From an uncultured Eubacteriales bacterium (GTDB lineage: Bacteria; Bacillota; Sulfobacillia; Fermentithermobacillales; Fermentithermobacillaceae), in the NCBI GenBank assembly GCA_964646385.1, contig CAZYEC010000004.1, positions 7,056 to 69,134 of the forward strand: DNA of 62,079 nt, written 5' to 3'. Each line of letters opens with the position of its first letter. The first letter of the stretch is position 1. The notes below the pieces were generated by a model. That model had not been told where the DNA came from. It saw only the letters and a list, made by a program, of their open reading frames with translations, and ran no database searches. This document shows positions 21,406 through 30,285 of the stretch, one piece after another. The translations under genes were made by a program, and so were the position numbers.

Positions 21406-22237
21406 GGGAATTGAGGCCCTCATACCTATCGCAGCCCCCGAGGAATCCGGCGGGGACGTGCTTCGGTTGAAAACCAACCAGATTGAGGCAGATCCAAACC
21501 AGCCCAGGCAGGTCTTTGATGAGGCCAAGATCCGGGAACTTGCTTCATCCCTGAAAGAACATGGGATGATTCAGCCTCTAATCGTCCGGCGAGTGGGCGA
21601 TGTTTACAGATTGGTGGCAGGGGAGCGTCGCCTTAGGGCCGCCGAGCATGCGGGAATGACTGAAATACCGGTAGTGTTGAGAGAAATGGACGACAGGGAG
21701 GCAATGGAAGTCTCCTTAGTGGAAAACCTGCAAAGAGAAGACTTGGGTCCCCTTGAGCAGGCGGCTGCCTTCCAGCGCCTTGTGGATGAATTCGGGTTGA
21801 CTCAGGAAGAGATTGCCAGGCGTGTGGGAAAGAGCAGACCCGACGTGGCCAATACGCTGCGTCTCTTGAAGCTGGAACCTGAGGTCAAAGTCCTTGTCAA
21901 TGAAGGCAAAATCTCCGGTGGACACGGGCGGGCTTTGGTTACCTTGGATAGAGGGACCCAGTTGAAAATAGCTGAAGCCGTTTTGAGGCAAGGATTATCT
22001 GTGAGAAAGACTGAAGAAGCGGTAGCAAGAGAGGTGAACCGAAAAGTTGCTCGCGGGGGGAGAGCCCCGGTGTGGGTTCGCCGGCAGGATGCCGAGGAAT
22101 TGTTGTCTGCAGCCTTGGGGAGCCCCGTACTGGTCAAGAGCTACCGCAACAAAGGCTCCATAGAGATTACCTTTTACGGCGAAGAAGACCTTGAGCGTCT
22201 TATCGATCTGGTCCACGGGGGGACGCGCAAGGACTGA
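21383..22237 (+). CDS. parB: Chromosome partitioning CTPase ParB/Spo0J
   Basis: PNQPR, GMIQPLIVR, VAGERRLRAA, ENLQREDL, SRPDVANTLRLL, SGGHGRAL. Confidence 0.97.
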   Translation: MARKSLGRGIEALIPIAAPEESGGDVLRLKTNQIEADPNQPRQVFDEAKIRELASSLKEHGMIQPLIVRRVGDVYRLVAGERRLRAAEHAGMTEIPVVLREMDDREAMEVSLVENLQREDLGPLEQAAAFQRLVDEFGLTQEEIARRVGKSRPDVANTLRLLKLEPEVKVLVNEGKISGGHGRALVTLDRGTQLKIAEAVLRQGLSVRKTEEAVAREVNRKVARGGRAPVWVRRQDAEELLSAALGSPVLVKSYRNKGSIEITFYGEEDLERLIDLVHGGTRKD

Positions 22238-22248
22238 GCCGTACAGCC

Positions 22249-22264
22249 TGTTTCACGTGAAACA
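22249..22264. promoter_or_regulatory. parS centromere site
   Basis: Perfect TGTTTCACGTGAAACA just after the parB stop. Confidence 0.95.
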
Positions 22265-22298
22265 GAACAATTTCTCTGGCTTGAGGAGGTGCCTTAAC

Positions 22299-23423
22299 GT
22301 GAACTGTCCTTCGCTCAGACCAACCTGGGCCCAAATCGATTTGACAGCCTTCCAGCGCAACCTTCGCACGGTGATGCGGTTGATACCGCAAGCTACCGGG
22401 ATTTTGGCTATCGTCAAAGCCGACGCCTACGGCTTGGGAGCGGTGGAAGTTTCACGGGTAGCCACCAAGAACAAACAAGTTTGGGGTTTGGGGGTAGCTA
22501 CCCCTGACGAGGCTTTGCACTTGAGGGAAAATGGGATCGATGAATTCATCTTGGTGCTAGGCAGTTCGACCCAGGAGGCTGCATCGGCGCTGGCGTCCCG
22601 GGGGGTCGCCCTCACCGTCGGTAGCATCCCGGACTTGAAAGCTGCCGATCGAGGCGCTGCCTGTGCCGGTAACAAGCTTAAGGTTCACCTGAAGGTGGAC
22701 ACAGGCATGAACAGGATCGGGTTCCAGGTCGGAGAACCTTTGAGCGAGGCCCTCCGGCATTTTGGCTGCTCTCGGAATCTGGTTTTGGATGGCGTTTTCA
22801 CCCACTTGTCTTCTGCCGACACAGATGCGGCCTATACAACTGAACAGATTTCGCGGTTTAAGATCGCAAAAAGCCAGATTGAAATGCTTGGCATTCACCC
22901 CAGGTGCTATCACGCTGCCAACTCTGCTGCAATTTATCTGTTCCCGGATGCCCACATGGATATGGTGCGGCCGGGCATCATGCTTTACGGATCTTACCCT
23001 GCGGCACACTTGGAGAATTTGGGATCTATTGAGCCGGTCATGTCACTTTATTCAACAGTATCCAACGTTAAACGGGTGACCGCGAACACCTCGATCGGAT
23101 ACGGCGGAACGTATACGACTCAATGTGAGACGACCATTGCGACGGTGCCCTTAGGATACGCTGACGGTTACCCGCGCTTGTTGTCAAATTCGGCTTGTGT
23201 GCTCATCAAAGGCAAAAGGCACCCTCTGGCAGGCAGGGTTTGTATGGACCAGCTCATGGTTGATGTGGGCGACGCTTCTGTCCAAAAAGGGGATTTGGTC
23301 ACCTTGATGGGAAAAGACGGCGGGGAATTCATAGGCGTTGATGAGCTGGCTGAAAAAAGCGCAACTATCGCCCACGAGATCCTGACCGGCATATCTGGTA
23401 GGGTGCCCCGAGTCTACAAATAA
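22299..23423 (+). CDS. alr: Alanine racemase
   Basis: IVKADAYG (PLP lysine), VHLKVDTGMNRIG, HAANSA, VRPGIMLYG, IGYGGTY, GRVCMD; GTG start after GAGGAGG. Confidence 0.95.
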   Translation: MNCPSLRPTWAQIDLTAFQRNLRTVMRLIPQATGILAIVKADAYGLGAVEVSRVATKNKQVWGLGVATPDEALHLRENGIDEFILVLGSSTQEAASALASRGVALTVGSIPDLKAADRGAACAGNKLKVHLKVDTGMNRIGFQVGEPLSEALRHFGCSRNLVLDGVFTHLSSADTDAAYTTEQISRFKIAKSQIEMLGIHPRCYHAANSAAIYLFPDAHMDMVRPGIMLYGSYPAAHLENLGSIEPVMSLYSTVSNVKRVTANTSIGYGGTYTTQCETTIATVPLGYADGYPRLLSNSACVLIKGKRHPLAGRVCMDQLMVDVGDASVQKGDLVTLMGKDGGEFIGVDELAEKSATIAHEILTGISGRVPRVYK

Positions 23424-23518
23424 GTTTCGAGTCGAGGAAGGAATCTTTTGGCTTTCGTCGAACTGGTAGACAAGCCCTCCTTCTTAAATGTTGACGTCTT
23501 CTAGCGCGGCGGTGTGTT

Positions 23519-24514
23519 ATGGCAAAAGCGGCACGGAAAATTTGGTTAAAACGCCTACACAAGACCCCGGGAGTAAAACCGGCGGACAAGTTTTTCACGC
23601 TGTTGCTAGTTCCGTCCCACGGCAACAGCCGGTCTGTTCGCTTCAGCAGAAAACTGGCCAGGGCTTTTGCAGTTACCGCTGTCCTGTTTGCAGTGTCTTT
23701 GTCATACTTTATCGCGTCATACAGGGCCAATAGGGCTGAGCTGGCAGAGCTCATGTATATGCGGGATGTCGCCGAATCCCAGAGGGTTGAAATAATGGCT
23801 CTGGATGATCAGTGCAAATCCTTGTCTCTGCGCCTGAAGGAAGCCGAGGTCGTTGAGGCACAAATCACCAATATGCTTGCTAACGAGGGTTTGCTTTCCC
23901 AAGAATCGGGCATGGCTGCGGCTGTGGCCGATTTTGACAGGGGCAGGACGATCCTCCCTTCAAGGGGCGGCGAATCTCGGCAAGAACGGGTGGCCCCCAA
24001 GGATCTTGGGACGCTGCTGTTGAAAACCGGTTCTGAGGCCGATGGGCTGGAAAAGCGGCTGGACGAGGTTAGCGCCGGGGTGGCCCGGTTGCTGGAGGAT
24101 GCGGTTCAAACGGTGGCCTATTTTCGGGCAAGGCCAAACCAGTGGCCGGTATCGGGTCGGATTTCGTCACCTTTCGGGCCCCGTCGTCATCCAATTACTC
24201 GGCGTCTGGAAACGCACGAGGGCACAGATATTGCGGCCCCATACGGGGACAAGATCCTGGCTCCGGCAGACGGCGTCGTCACCTTTGCGGGCTACAAGGC
24301 GGGTTACGGCTATTGCCTTGTAATTGAGCATGACTTTGGTTTCGAAACCCTGTACGGTCATTGTTCCAGGCTTACCGTCAGCCTCGGGGACACAATCATT
24401 CGTGGAGACCACATCGGGAACGTGGGGCAGTCCGGGGTGGCCACAGGCCCACACCTCCATTACGAGGTTCATGTGAAGGGCAAGAAGGTTGATCCCGAAA
24501 AATACCTTCCCTGA
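23519..24514 (+). CDS. Membrane-anchored coiled-coil M23 endopeptidase
   Basis: N-terminal FTLLLVPSH motif, TM helix, coiled coil, HEGTD, YGHC, ATGPHLHYEV. Confidence 0.9.
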   Translation: MAKAARKIWLKRLHKTPGVKPADKFFTLLLVPSHGNSRSVRFSRKLARAFAVTAVLFAVSLSYFIASYRANRAELAELMYMRDVAESQRVEIMALDDQCKSLSLRLKEAEVVEAQITNMLANEGLLSQESGMAAAVADFDRGRTILPSRGGESRQERVAPKDLGTLLLKTGSEADGLEKRLDEVSAGVARLLEDAVQTVAYFRARPNQWPVSGRISSPFGPRRHPITRRLETHEGTDIAAPYGDKILAPADGVVTFAGYKAGYGYCLVIEHDFGFETLYGHCSRLTVSLGDTIIRGDHIGNVGQSGVATGPHLHYEVHVKGKKVDPEKYLP

Positions 24515-24531
24515 AACGGAGGGACAGAGGT

Positions 24532-24936
24532 ATGTTCGGCAGAATGGACTCCGGTCCCAAAAGCGGTTCTTTTGAGAGTTTGGTGGGGAAAGGCATGGAA
24601 ATTACCGGCACTGTCAAATCAAAAGGAAGTCTGCGCATAGAGGGCAGCGTTGAAGGAGATATCGCATGCCTGGGAGACGTAGCAGTGGGTGACGGGGCTG
24701 TCGTCAACGCCGACGTCACCGCGAACAATGTTACGGTGGGCGGGACGGTCAAAGGTAACATTCTGTGTTCGGGCAGACTCGAACTGCTTCCCGCCGCTCG
24801 GGTCGTCGGGGACGTCACTTCGTCCATGTTGGTGGTGGCAGAGGGAGCCGTTTTGGCCGGAAAAGCGTGCGTGGCTGACCCGGCCAAGAGGAAACCTCCG
24901 GTAACAGAAGCGACCGGCGAAAGTCCGGAAGACTGA
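24532..24936 (+). CDS. Bactofilin (polymer-forming cytoskeletal protein)
   Basis: LVGKGMEITGTV...LRIEGSVEGDI...V.VGDGAVVNADV...VTVGGTVKGNI...LVVAEGAVLAG beta-helix repeats. Confidence 0.92.
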   Translation: MFGRMDSGPKSGSFESLVGKGMEITGTVKSKGSLRIEGSVEGDIACLGDVAVGDGAVVNADVTANNVTVGGTVKGNILCSGRLELLPAARVVGDVTSSMLVVAEGAVLAGKACVADPAKRKPPVTEATGESPED

Positions 24937-25047
24937 GAAGTCTCTGCGTATCATTTTGAAACCCACTGCGCATATTTTGTACCAGGGGTTTTATCTTTCA
25001 CAGGTTGTTCCGTCATCAGTACGAAATCCCGGGATGCCTCCCGACAG

Positions 25048-25638
25048 GTGGCTTTCGCTATCATTAAAGGTGCGGCGAAACTGGGGCGCAACCTTCCGCT
25101 GGTCGTCGTGGGTGTGGGGACCGACCGGTCAACCGGTGATTCTCTTGGCCCACTTACAGGTACTTTGTTGTCAACCTGCGGCTTTCCCGGTCGCCTGCAC
25201 GGCACTCTGGATTTCCCTGTGCATGCCGAAAATCTGCGTTCTGTGCATTCCCAAATAGCGGCTTCGGACGCTTTGGTGGTCGCAGTCGATGCCTGTCTTG
25301 GCAGCAGACGCGAGGTGGGGTCAATCATTGTCCGCCCGGGCCCGCTGAAACCCGGATTGGGTGTTGGCAAAAAGCTCCCTTTGGTAGGAGATTTGCACAT
25401 TGCCGGTGTGGTGAATGTGGGGGGGTATATGGAGTATACGGTTTTGCAGAGCACCAGGCTGAGCCAAGTGCTGAAGATGGCCCAAATAATCGCAGTCGGC
25501 ATCTATGAAGCGGACAGCATTTTTCGCGCTGCCCGCAGTCCGGGAGACAACCCAGTCCCGGTTGACGCTACTCACGGGGCCCCAAAGACCGGCGCACTTC
25601 GTTCACTACTTCCTCAGGGGTTCTCCCGACAGCGTTAA
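25048..25638 (+). CDS. yyaC: Spore protease YyaC
   Basis: VVVGVGTDRSTGDSLGPLTG, GTLDFPVHA, AVDACLG, GVVN, STRLS. Confidence 0.92.
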   Translation: MAFAIIKGAAKLGRNLPLVVVGVGTDRSTGDSLGPLTGTLLSTCGFPGRLHGTLDFPVHAENLRSVHSQIAASDALVVAVDACLGSRREVGSIIVRPGPLKPGLGVGKKLPLVGDLHIAGVVNVGGYMEYTVLQSTRLSQVLKMAQIIAVGIYEADSIFRAARSPGDNPVPVDATHGAPKTGALRSLLPQGFSRQR

Positions 25639-25831
25639 TGACAGGTGTGTTTCCCGCATCGGGCAAGCCTAGGAAATCGTCATCCATCCCCGAAACGACC
25701 ACCGCATGCAGATGGGCGGTGTGCAAGTCGTGGGTCCCTGACAACTGCACAACTACGAAGCCTGCGTCCTTTAGAGCTACCTCAAAAGGTCTTAGCCCGG
25801 ATTCCACAGCAATCTTGGTCAGCTCAATCAT
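25568..25831 (-). CDS. UPF0180/YkuS family protein
   Basis: KIAVESGL..FEVALKDAGF.V, AVVVSGMDDDFLG, PVINAVGRTPEEV. Confidence 0.85.
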   Translation of the reverse strand: MIELTKIAVESGLRPFEVALKDAGFVVVQLSGTHDLHTAHLHAVVVSGMDDDFLGLPDAGNTPVINAVGRTPEEVVNEVRRSLGPRE

Positions 25832-25954
25832 CTCTCTTCCGCATGACTGTGTAACGTAATGTCTCTCCATTTGCGGGGCCCTATTCCAGGAAGGACATGA
25901 CATGAAAACAGTAGAAATATCTATGCGGTTGCTAACGGAGGTGCAAAAAGGAAT

Positions 25955-26437
25955 ATGTGGGGGTTGGCTGCAAGGGTCAGGGGCCTATTGGACAGAGGGG
26001 AAGTACAGGAGGCTTTGGAAACGGTCCAAAACGCTCGCAACCAAGGTTGCCGGTTTCGCTTTCATCAATGGAACTTGCTGGGTGTGTGTCAAGCCAGAGC
26101 AGGATATCTGGGCGAGGCCAGGGCAACCTTCCGCTTCGTTCTGTCATCGTGGCCGAACAGCGCCAAGATTTTCAATAATCTAGGCAACCTGTATTTGCTG
26201 GAAAACCGCCCTCAAATGGCTCGCGATTGCTATCGCAAAGCCGTTCTGGCCAACGTGTGGTTGGCCGCGCCCCATTTCAATTTGACCCTTGCCTGTCTGG
26301 AAATCGGGCACGTAGAAGAAGCGCTGGATGCCTACCGGAATTATGTGGGCGTGTACCGTGCCGCTCGCCTGTCGAAAGGTCTGGGCTGGGCCTTGCTCAC
26401 TTTGCTGGCATTCGGTTTCACCCGGATGAATTGCTAA
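25955..26437 (+). CDS. TPR-repeat protein with a C-terminal membrane anchor
   Basis: WNLLGVCQ, IFNNLGNLY, HFNLTLAC TPR helices; hydrophobic tail LGWALLTLLAFGF. Confidence 0.75.
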   Translation: MWGLAARVRGLLDRGEVQEALETVQNARNQGCRFRFHQWNLLGVCQARAGYLGEARATFRFVLSSWPNSAKIFNNLGNLYLLENRPQMARDCYRKAVLANVWLAAPHFNLTLACLEIGHVEEALDAYRNYVGVYRAARLSKGLGWALLTLLAFGFTRMNC

Positions 26438-26469
26438 AATACCACGGAACGGGGCGGCTGCATGGGGTG

Positions 26470-27618
26470 ATGGCGCCTTGGCATAGAGAGAAAACACTCC
26501 CCTCCGGCACGGGGGCAGATCCAAACGGGGGACAAACGGGTCTTTTGCGCCGAAACAAAGTCTCGATTTGGCGGACTCTGGGGCTTGTTGCACTGCTTTT
26601 GTGCTTAGGCACATTCATAGCGTTTGTTGAAAGCCATCATCAAAACAAACATCGGGTGTGGGTCTGCGAAGAGGCGGCTTTCTTGTCAGCAGCAGGCGGG
26701 CGATACTTGCTGCAAACGGGCACAGGCTACTCTGTTTGGGGCACCCGTGGTCTCGTATTCGACGCCGGGTCTTTGGCGGGCCGGGTTTCCCTCACGCCTT
26801 GGGGGGTTATCGCCGTCGATTCTACGTCAATAACGTTCCTGGATGATAATGGGGAAGAGGAAGTGATTGCGTCTTTCCCAGGAGAGTTCGCCCTTTGCTG
26901 CCCGGAAACGGGATTGATCGGGCTTGCCAGGCCACGGGAAGGAGGCAGGTTCGGCGAATCCTGGGTTCTTCGGGCCGTCTCGCCTCACGGTTTGGTCCAG
27001 TGGGAGGCTACTGTGCCGGCTGTACCTCTTGAGGTGGCAGGGGGTATTTCGCGGATTTATGTTGCGGCTGTAGACGTGGCGTCACATGGTGAAGCTTTTC
27101 TGTTTTGCCTGGACAGCGGATCGGGCCTCAAACTGTGGGCCAAAGGTTTGGGTTCCGGTTTGTGGCGTGGGCTTTTTTGGGACGGAGATAGAGCCGTGGC
27201 AGTTCTCGAAGACAAGGTGCTGGCCTTTTCCTCAGATGGGGACAATCTGTGGACTTTTGATCCGCCAGGCAGTCTGTTGTCGGCCGATGCACATGCAGGT
27301 TATACTCTCTTGTCTTGGGCGCCGGGATCTTCATCACCGGCTCGAAAACTTGCCTCAAACGGCGTGCTCATGTTGGACCGGGACGGTGCGGTTCTTTGGA
27401 AAAAGCAGGTGCCCGGCAAAACTGCCAAAGTACAGATTGGCGAAGCACCGGCTTACGCCGTTGTGTTGTCCGAGGGCAAAGTCACGGGCCTGTCCTTAGG
27501 CGACGGGCAACAGGTTTTCTGTTTTGCACGCAAAGGGCTCCCAGTGGATTTTTCAGGGGAATTTGCCCTTTACATGAACGCCAGACAAGTAGAGTCAGTG
27601 AGAGTTTGCGGAAAATGA
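26470..27618 (+). CDS. Single-pass membrane protein with an extracellular PQQ-like beta-propeller
   Basis: TM helix TLGLVALLLCLGTFIAFV; repeats ending G.VQWE, GLKLWA, GDNLWTF, GAVLWKK, GQQVFCF. Confidence 0.7.
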   Translation: MAPWHREKTLPSGTGADPNGGQTGLLRRNKVSIWRTLGLVALLLCLGTFIAFVESHHQNKHRVWVCEEAAFLSAAGGRYLLQTGTGYSVWGTRGLVFDAGSLAGRVSLTPWGVIAVDSTSITFLDDNGEEEVIASFPGEFALCCPETGLIGLARPREGGRFGESWVLRAVSPHGLVQWEATVPAVPLEVAGGISRIYVAAVDVASHGEAFLFCLDSGSGLKLWAKGLGSGLWRGLFWDGDRAVAVLEDKVLAFSSDGDNLWTFDPPGSLLSADAHAGYTLLSWAPGSSSPARKLASNGVLMLDRDGAVLWKKQVPGKTAKVQIGEAPAYAVVLSEGKVTGLSLGDGQQVFCFARKGLPVDFSGEFALYMNARQVESVRVCGK

Positions 27619-27640
27619 GCCACGGGGAGGCCATTGGGCT

Positions 27641-28006
27641 GTGAAATTTGAAACGGCGAACAAAGGTTTGTATCGGGTGGCCAAACTGCTGCTTTCCGGT
27701 GTTGCGTTGGAAAGGCTTTCCCGGGCTTTCCCCAGTCTTCTTCGGTTCGTGGCCGTTTTTTTGGTTGTGTACGTTGCCGACAACTTTGGTCGTTTCTTTT
27801 TGTCCCAAAAAAGACGGCCGGTGTTTTTAGAGGAAATACTGGGCGGTTTGTTGCTCTACGGAGGATTTGCCCTGTTTGCCTGGTGGCTGGATGGTCAGGC
27901 TTTCGTCTATACTGGAAGACACGCAAGTCCTGCGGTCCCTGCCGTCATACTGGCTTTGTTGGATAGGGCTTGGCCTGCGCCCAGGCTCTTGGGGCGGGGG
28001 AGGTAG
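27641..28006 (+). CDS. Hypothetical small polytopic membrane protein
   Basis: 121 aa, mostly hydrophobic segments; fills the gap between co-oriented genes. Confidence 0.55.
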   Translation: MKFETANKGLYRVAKLLLSGVALERLSRAFPSLLRFVAVFLVVYVADNFGRFFLSQKRRPVFLEEILGGLLLYGGFALFAWWLDGQAFVYTGRHASPAVPAVILALLDRAWPAPRLLGRGR

Positions 28007-28010
28007 GTCA

Positions 28011-28712
28011 GTGAATTATGTCGACGTTTTCATCGGGCTAACAGTGGGTTTGGCGTTTTTGAAAGGATTTGTCTCTGGCGTATGGAAGTCAATCACTAAT
28101 CTCCTTACTACCATTTTGTCTTTGTTTTTGGCGTACTGGTTGGCAGGACCTGCAGTGCGGTTTCTGGACGCAAAATACGGAGTCCTGACTTCCGTCGCCG
28201 GATGGATCAAGAATGTGCTTCCCGCATTGCCCGGAATGTTTGAGCCCTACGATCCTGCCACTTTCGGAGTCTTATCAGGCGGCCTGAATCCCGCCGGCTG
28301 GACGGGGGTTTTTCGCGACTATTTGAGTGGAGATTTGGCGGGGGCCGCTTCTCTAGCCGGGCCAAGCCCTGCCTGGGTAGATGTTTTGGCGGCGGCAGCG
28401 TCCCATTTGTTTCTTTCGGGGTTCTCTTTTTTGGTCTTGCTGGCAGTTTTCTCGGCGCTAGGAAAACTTCTGACCAGAACGCTGAGTTTTGCCCTTCCCG
28501 TTTCTTTAGGCGCCAGGGTTTTGGGAGGTTTGATTGAGACGGCTTTGTCGGTCCTCTGGCTTTCTATTCTGGCCGGCACTCTATATCCCACAATTGTAGG
28601 CGGATTCCTGAGGGGTATCAATCCGGTGGCTTCTGCTTCTTGGCTGATGTCGCTGCTTCTGGGGATATACAGATCTGTGTGGCCCGTTCTGGTTGCCAAA
28701 ATCAAATTCTGA
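28011..28712 (+). CDS. CvpA family membrane protein
   Basis: MNYVDVFIGL...AFLKGFVSG..., ARVLGGLI; SD GGAGGT before the GTG. Confidence 0.8.
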   Translation: MNYVDVFIGLTVGLAFLKGFVSGVWKSITNLLTTILSLFLAYWLAGPAVRFLDAKYGVLTSVAGWIKNVLPALPGMFEPYDPATFGVLSGGLNPAGWTGVFRDYLSGDLAGAASLAGPSPAWVDVLAAAASHLFLSGFSFLVLLAVFSALGKLLTRTLSFALPVSLGARVLGGLIETALSVLWLSILAGTLYPTIVGGFLRGINPVASASWLMSLLLGIYRSVWPVLVAKIKF

Positions 28713-28728
28713 GGAGAAGGTAGACACC

Positions 28729-28962
28729 ATGATTTTTGACCCGCCTGTAAGACCCGGTGATGTGGTTCAAATGAAGAAACTTCATGCTTGCGGGACCGAC
28801 AGGTGGGTCGTGCTTTACGCAGGCGCCGATATGCGGATAAAATGCTGTGGCTGCGGCAGGGTAGTGTTGTTAGACAGACAACGTTTCAACTCCCGCCTGA
28901 AACGAAGGCTGGCCATATCCAAGGAACCCGGTGATTTTGGGGCCGGCCTTGAGATTATCTGA
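28729..28962 (+). CDS. DUF951 (YyzM-like) protein
   Basis: GDVVQMKKLHACG...W...GADMRIKC.GCGR.VLLDR..F. Confidence 0.9.
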   Translation: MIFDPPVRPGDVVQMKKLHACGTDRWVVLYAGADMRIKCCGCGRVVLLDRQRFNSRLKRRLAISKEPGDFGAGLEII

Positions 28963-28977
28963 GACGCAGACTATAAT
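28949..28977 (+). promoter_or_regulatory. sigmaA promoter of rpsF-ssb-rpsR
   Basis: TTGAGA-N17-TATAAT. Confidence 0.75.
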
Positions 28978-28983
28978 GTGTGC

Positions 28984-29068
28984 TGCGCCGGTTGAGGCAC
29001 GGGGTAATGCCCCTGCACTCCCGCCCCAAAAACAAAGGGGCCACAAGTCCGAGGGAGGAGGATTAAGT
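28984..29068 (+). ncRNA. bS6:bS18-binding leader (rpsF autoregulatory RNA)
   Basis: CTCC-CG-CCCC 29018-29027 pairs with GGGGC 29037-29041 and with the SD GGGAG 29053-29057; CCG in the internal loop. Confidence 0.65.
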
Positions 29069-29509
29069 TTGCGTTTGTACGAATTGTTGTTCATCACAAA
29101 GCCCGATTACGACGACGAGAGAGTAGCTTCTGTAATTTCAAGGTACACAGACCTCATCACCAACGCCAACGGAATCATTGAATCCGCAGAGAAATGGGGA
29201 AAACGTCGCCTCGCTTATGAGATCGACGACATGCGAGAGGGAGTTTACGTACAGATAGACTTCCAGGCAGAAAGTGTCGTCATTGCGGAGCTTGATCGTC
29301 TCATGAAGATCGATCAGGACGTGATGAGGCACATGGTTTCCCGTATCGAACACAAAGCCAAAAAGACATCCCGAAAAGCTGCTTCTAAGCCCCGGGCGGA
29401 TGAAGTCAAAATCCAGCCCACTACGGCTTCGCCAACCGTGAGAGTTGTGGATGGCGCCGTACCTGAGGGGGAGCAGCCGGAATCCAACACGGTAGCAGGT
29501 GCGCAATAA
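29069..29509 (+). CDS. rpsF: 30S ribosomal protein S6 (with C-terminal extension)
   Basis: YELLFI..PD, WGKRRLAYEI, GVYVQIDF, ELDRLMKIDQDVMRHM. Confidence 0.96.
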   Translation: MRLYELLFITKPDYDDERVASVISRYTDLITNANGIIESAEKWGKRRLAYEIDDMREGVYVQIDFQAESVVIAELDRLMKIDQDVMRHMVSRIEHKAKKTSRKAASKPRADEVKIQPTTASPTVRVVDGAVPEGEQPESNTVAGAQ

Positions 29510-29530
29510 AGTCTATTTGGGGGGAAGAGT

Positions 29531-29932
29531 TTGCTCAATCGGATCATCCTGATAGGGAGGTTGACCCGCCAGCCGGAACTTCGAGTCACTCCGAGCGGAG
29601 TGTCTGTGGGGAGTTTTGCCCTTGCAGTGGACAGACGGCCGAACCAGGCGGGCCAAAAAGAGACCGATTTTATCGACATCGTTGTGTTTGGGAAGCTTGC
29701 GGAGATCACCTGCAAGTACTTGGATAAGGGCAGGTTAGTGGCGGTAGAAGGTCGTTTGCAGACCCGAACCTACGAAACCAAGGACGGCCAACGAAGAAGG
29801 GCTTGGGAAGTGATAGGCGATAACATAGAGTTTTTGGGACCCAGGCCCAGGACAAGGGACAGCGATGCTGACGAGAATATGGGCCCGGAGTATTCCCAAT
29901 CCGGGGCCGACAAAGTGGAGTTTACCGAATAG
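29531..29932 (+). CDS. ssb: Single-stranded DNA-binding protein
   Basis: MLNRIILIGRLTRQPELR, TDFIDIVVFGKLAE, KGRLVAVEGRLQTR. Confidence 0.97.
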   Translation: MLNRIILIGRLTRQPELRVTPSGVSVGSFALAVDRRPNQAGQKETDFIDIVVFGKLAEITCKYLDKGRLVAVEGRLQTRTYETKDGQRRRAWEVIGDNIEFLGPRPRTRDSDADENMGPEYSQSGADKVEFTE

Positions 29933-29962
29933 ATTGCGATGTAGCCGGAGAAGGAGGTCTTC

Positions 29963-30196
29963 TTGTTGAGACGTGAAGGGGGCCGCAAGGGGCGAAAACG
30001 AGTGTGTGCCTTTTGCGTGGATGGCATACGCGATGTGGATTACAAGGACGTACCCCGCTTGCGCCGATATATAACTGAACGTGGAAAGATCCTGCCCAGA
30101 AGGATCACGGGCAATTGCGCGCGACACCAGCGCCTCTTGACAGTTGCCATCAAGAAGGCAAGAGTGATGGCGCTCATGCCTTACTCCATAGAGTAG
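29963..30196 (+). CDS. rpsR: 30S ribosomal protein S18 (Zn-binding type)
   Basis: [37 protein letters not shown]. Confidence 0.97.
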   Translation: MLRREGGRKGRKRVCAFCVDGIRDVDYKDVPRLRRYITERGKILPRRITGNCARHQRLLTVAIKKARVMALMPYSIE

Positions 30197-30222
30197 AGGC
30201 TGTCGCTTAGCATTAGAAGTTG

Positions 30223-30255
30223 AAGCGGGGCTTTTTTCGAGGAAAGCCCCGCTTT
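30223..30255 (+). terminator. Strong hairpin terminator after rpsR
   Basis: AAGCGGGGCTTT-N8-AAAGCCCCGCTT. Confidence 0.7.
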
Positions 30256-30285
30256 GCCTGGGGGAATTTGAAGAGGGGTTTGCCG

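Noticed and set aside
24934-25047. The yyaC frame is open back to the bactofilin TGA (readthrough fusion)
   Set aside because: The spacer looks like a promoter region (sporulation-sigma-like CATA box at 24971), and a GTG start at 25048 gives a complete YyaC core
25568-25638. 71-bp convergent overlap of yyaC and ykuS
   Set aside because: It involves non-conserved C-terminal tails and is probably stop-codon drift
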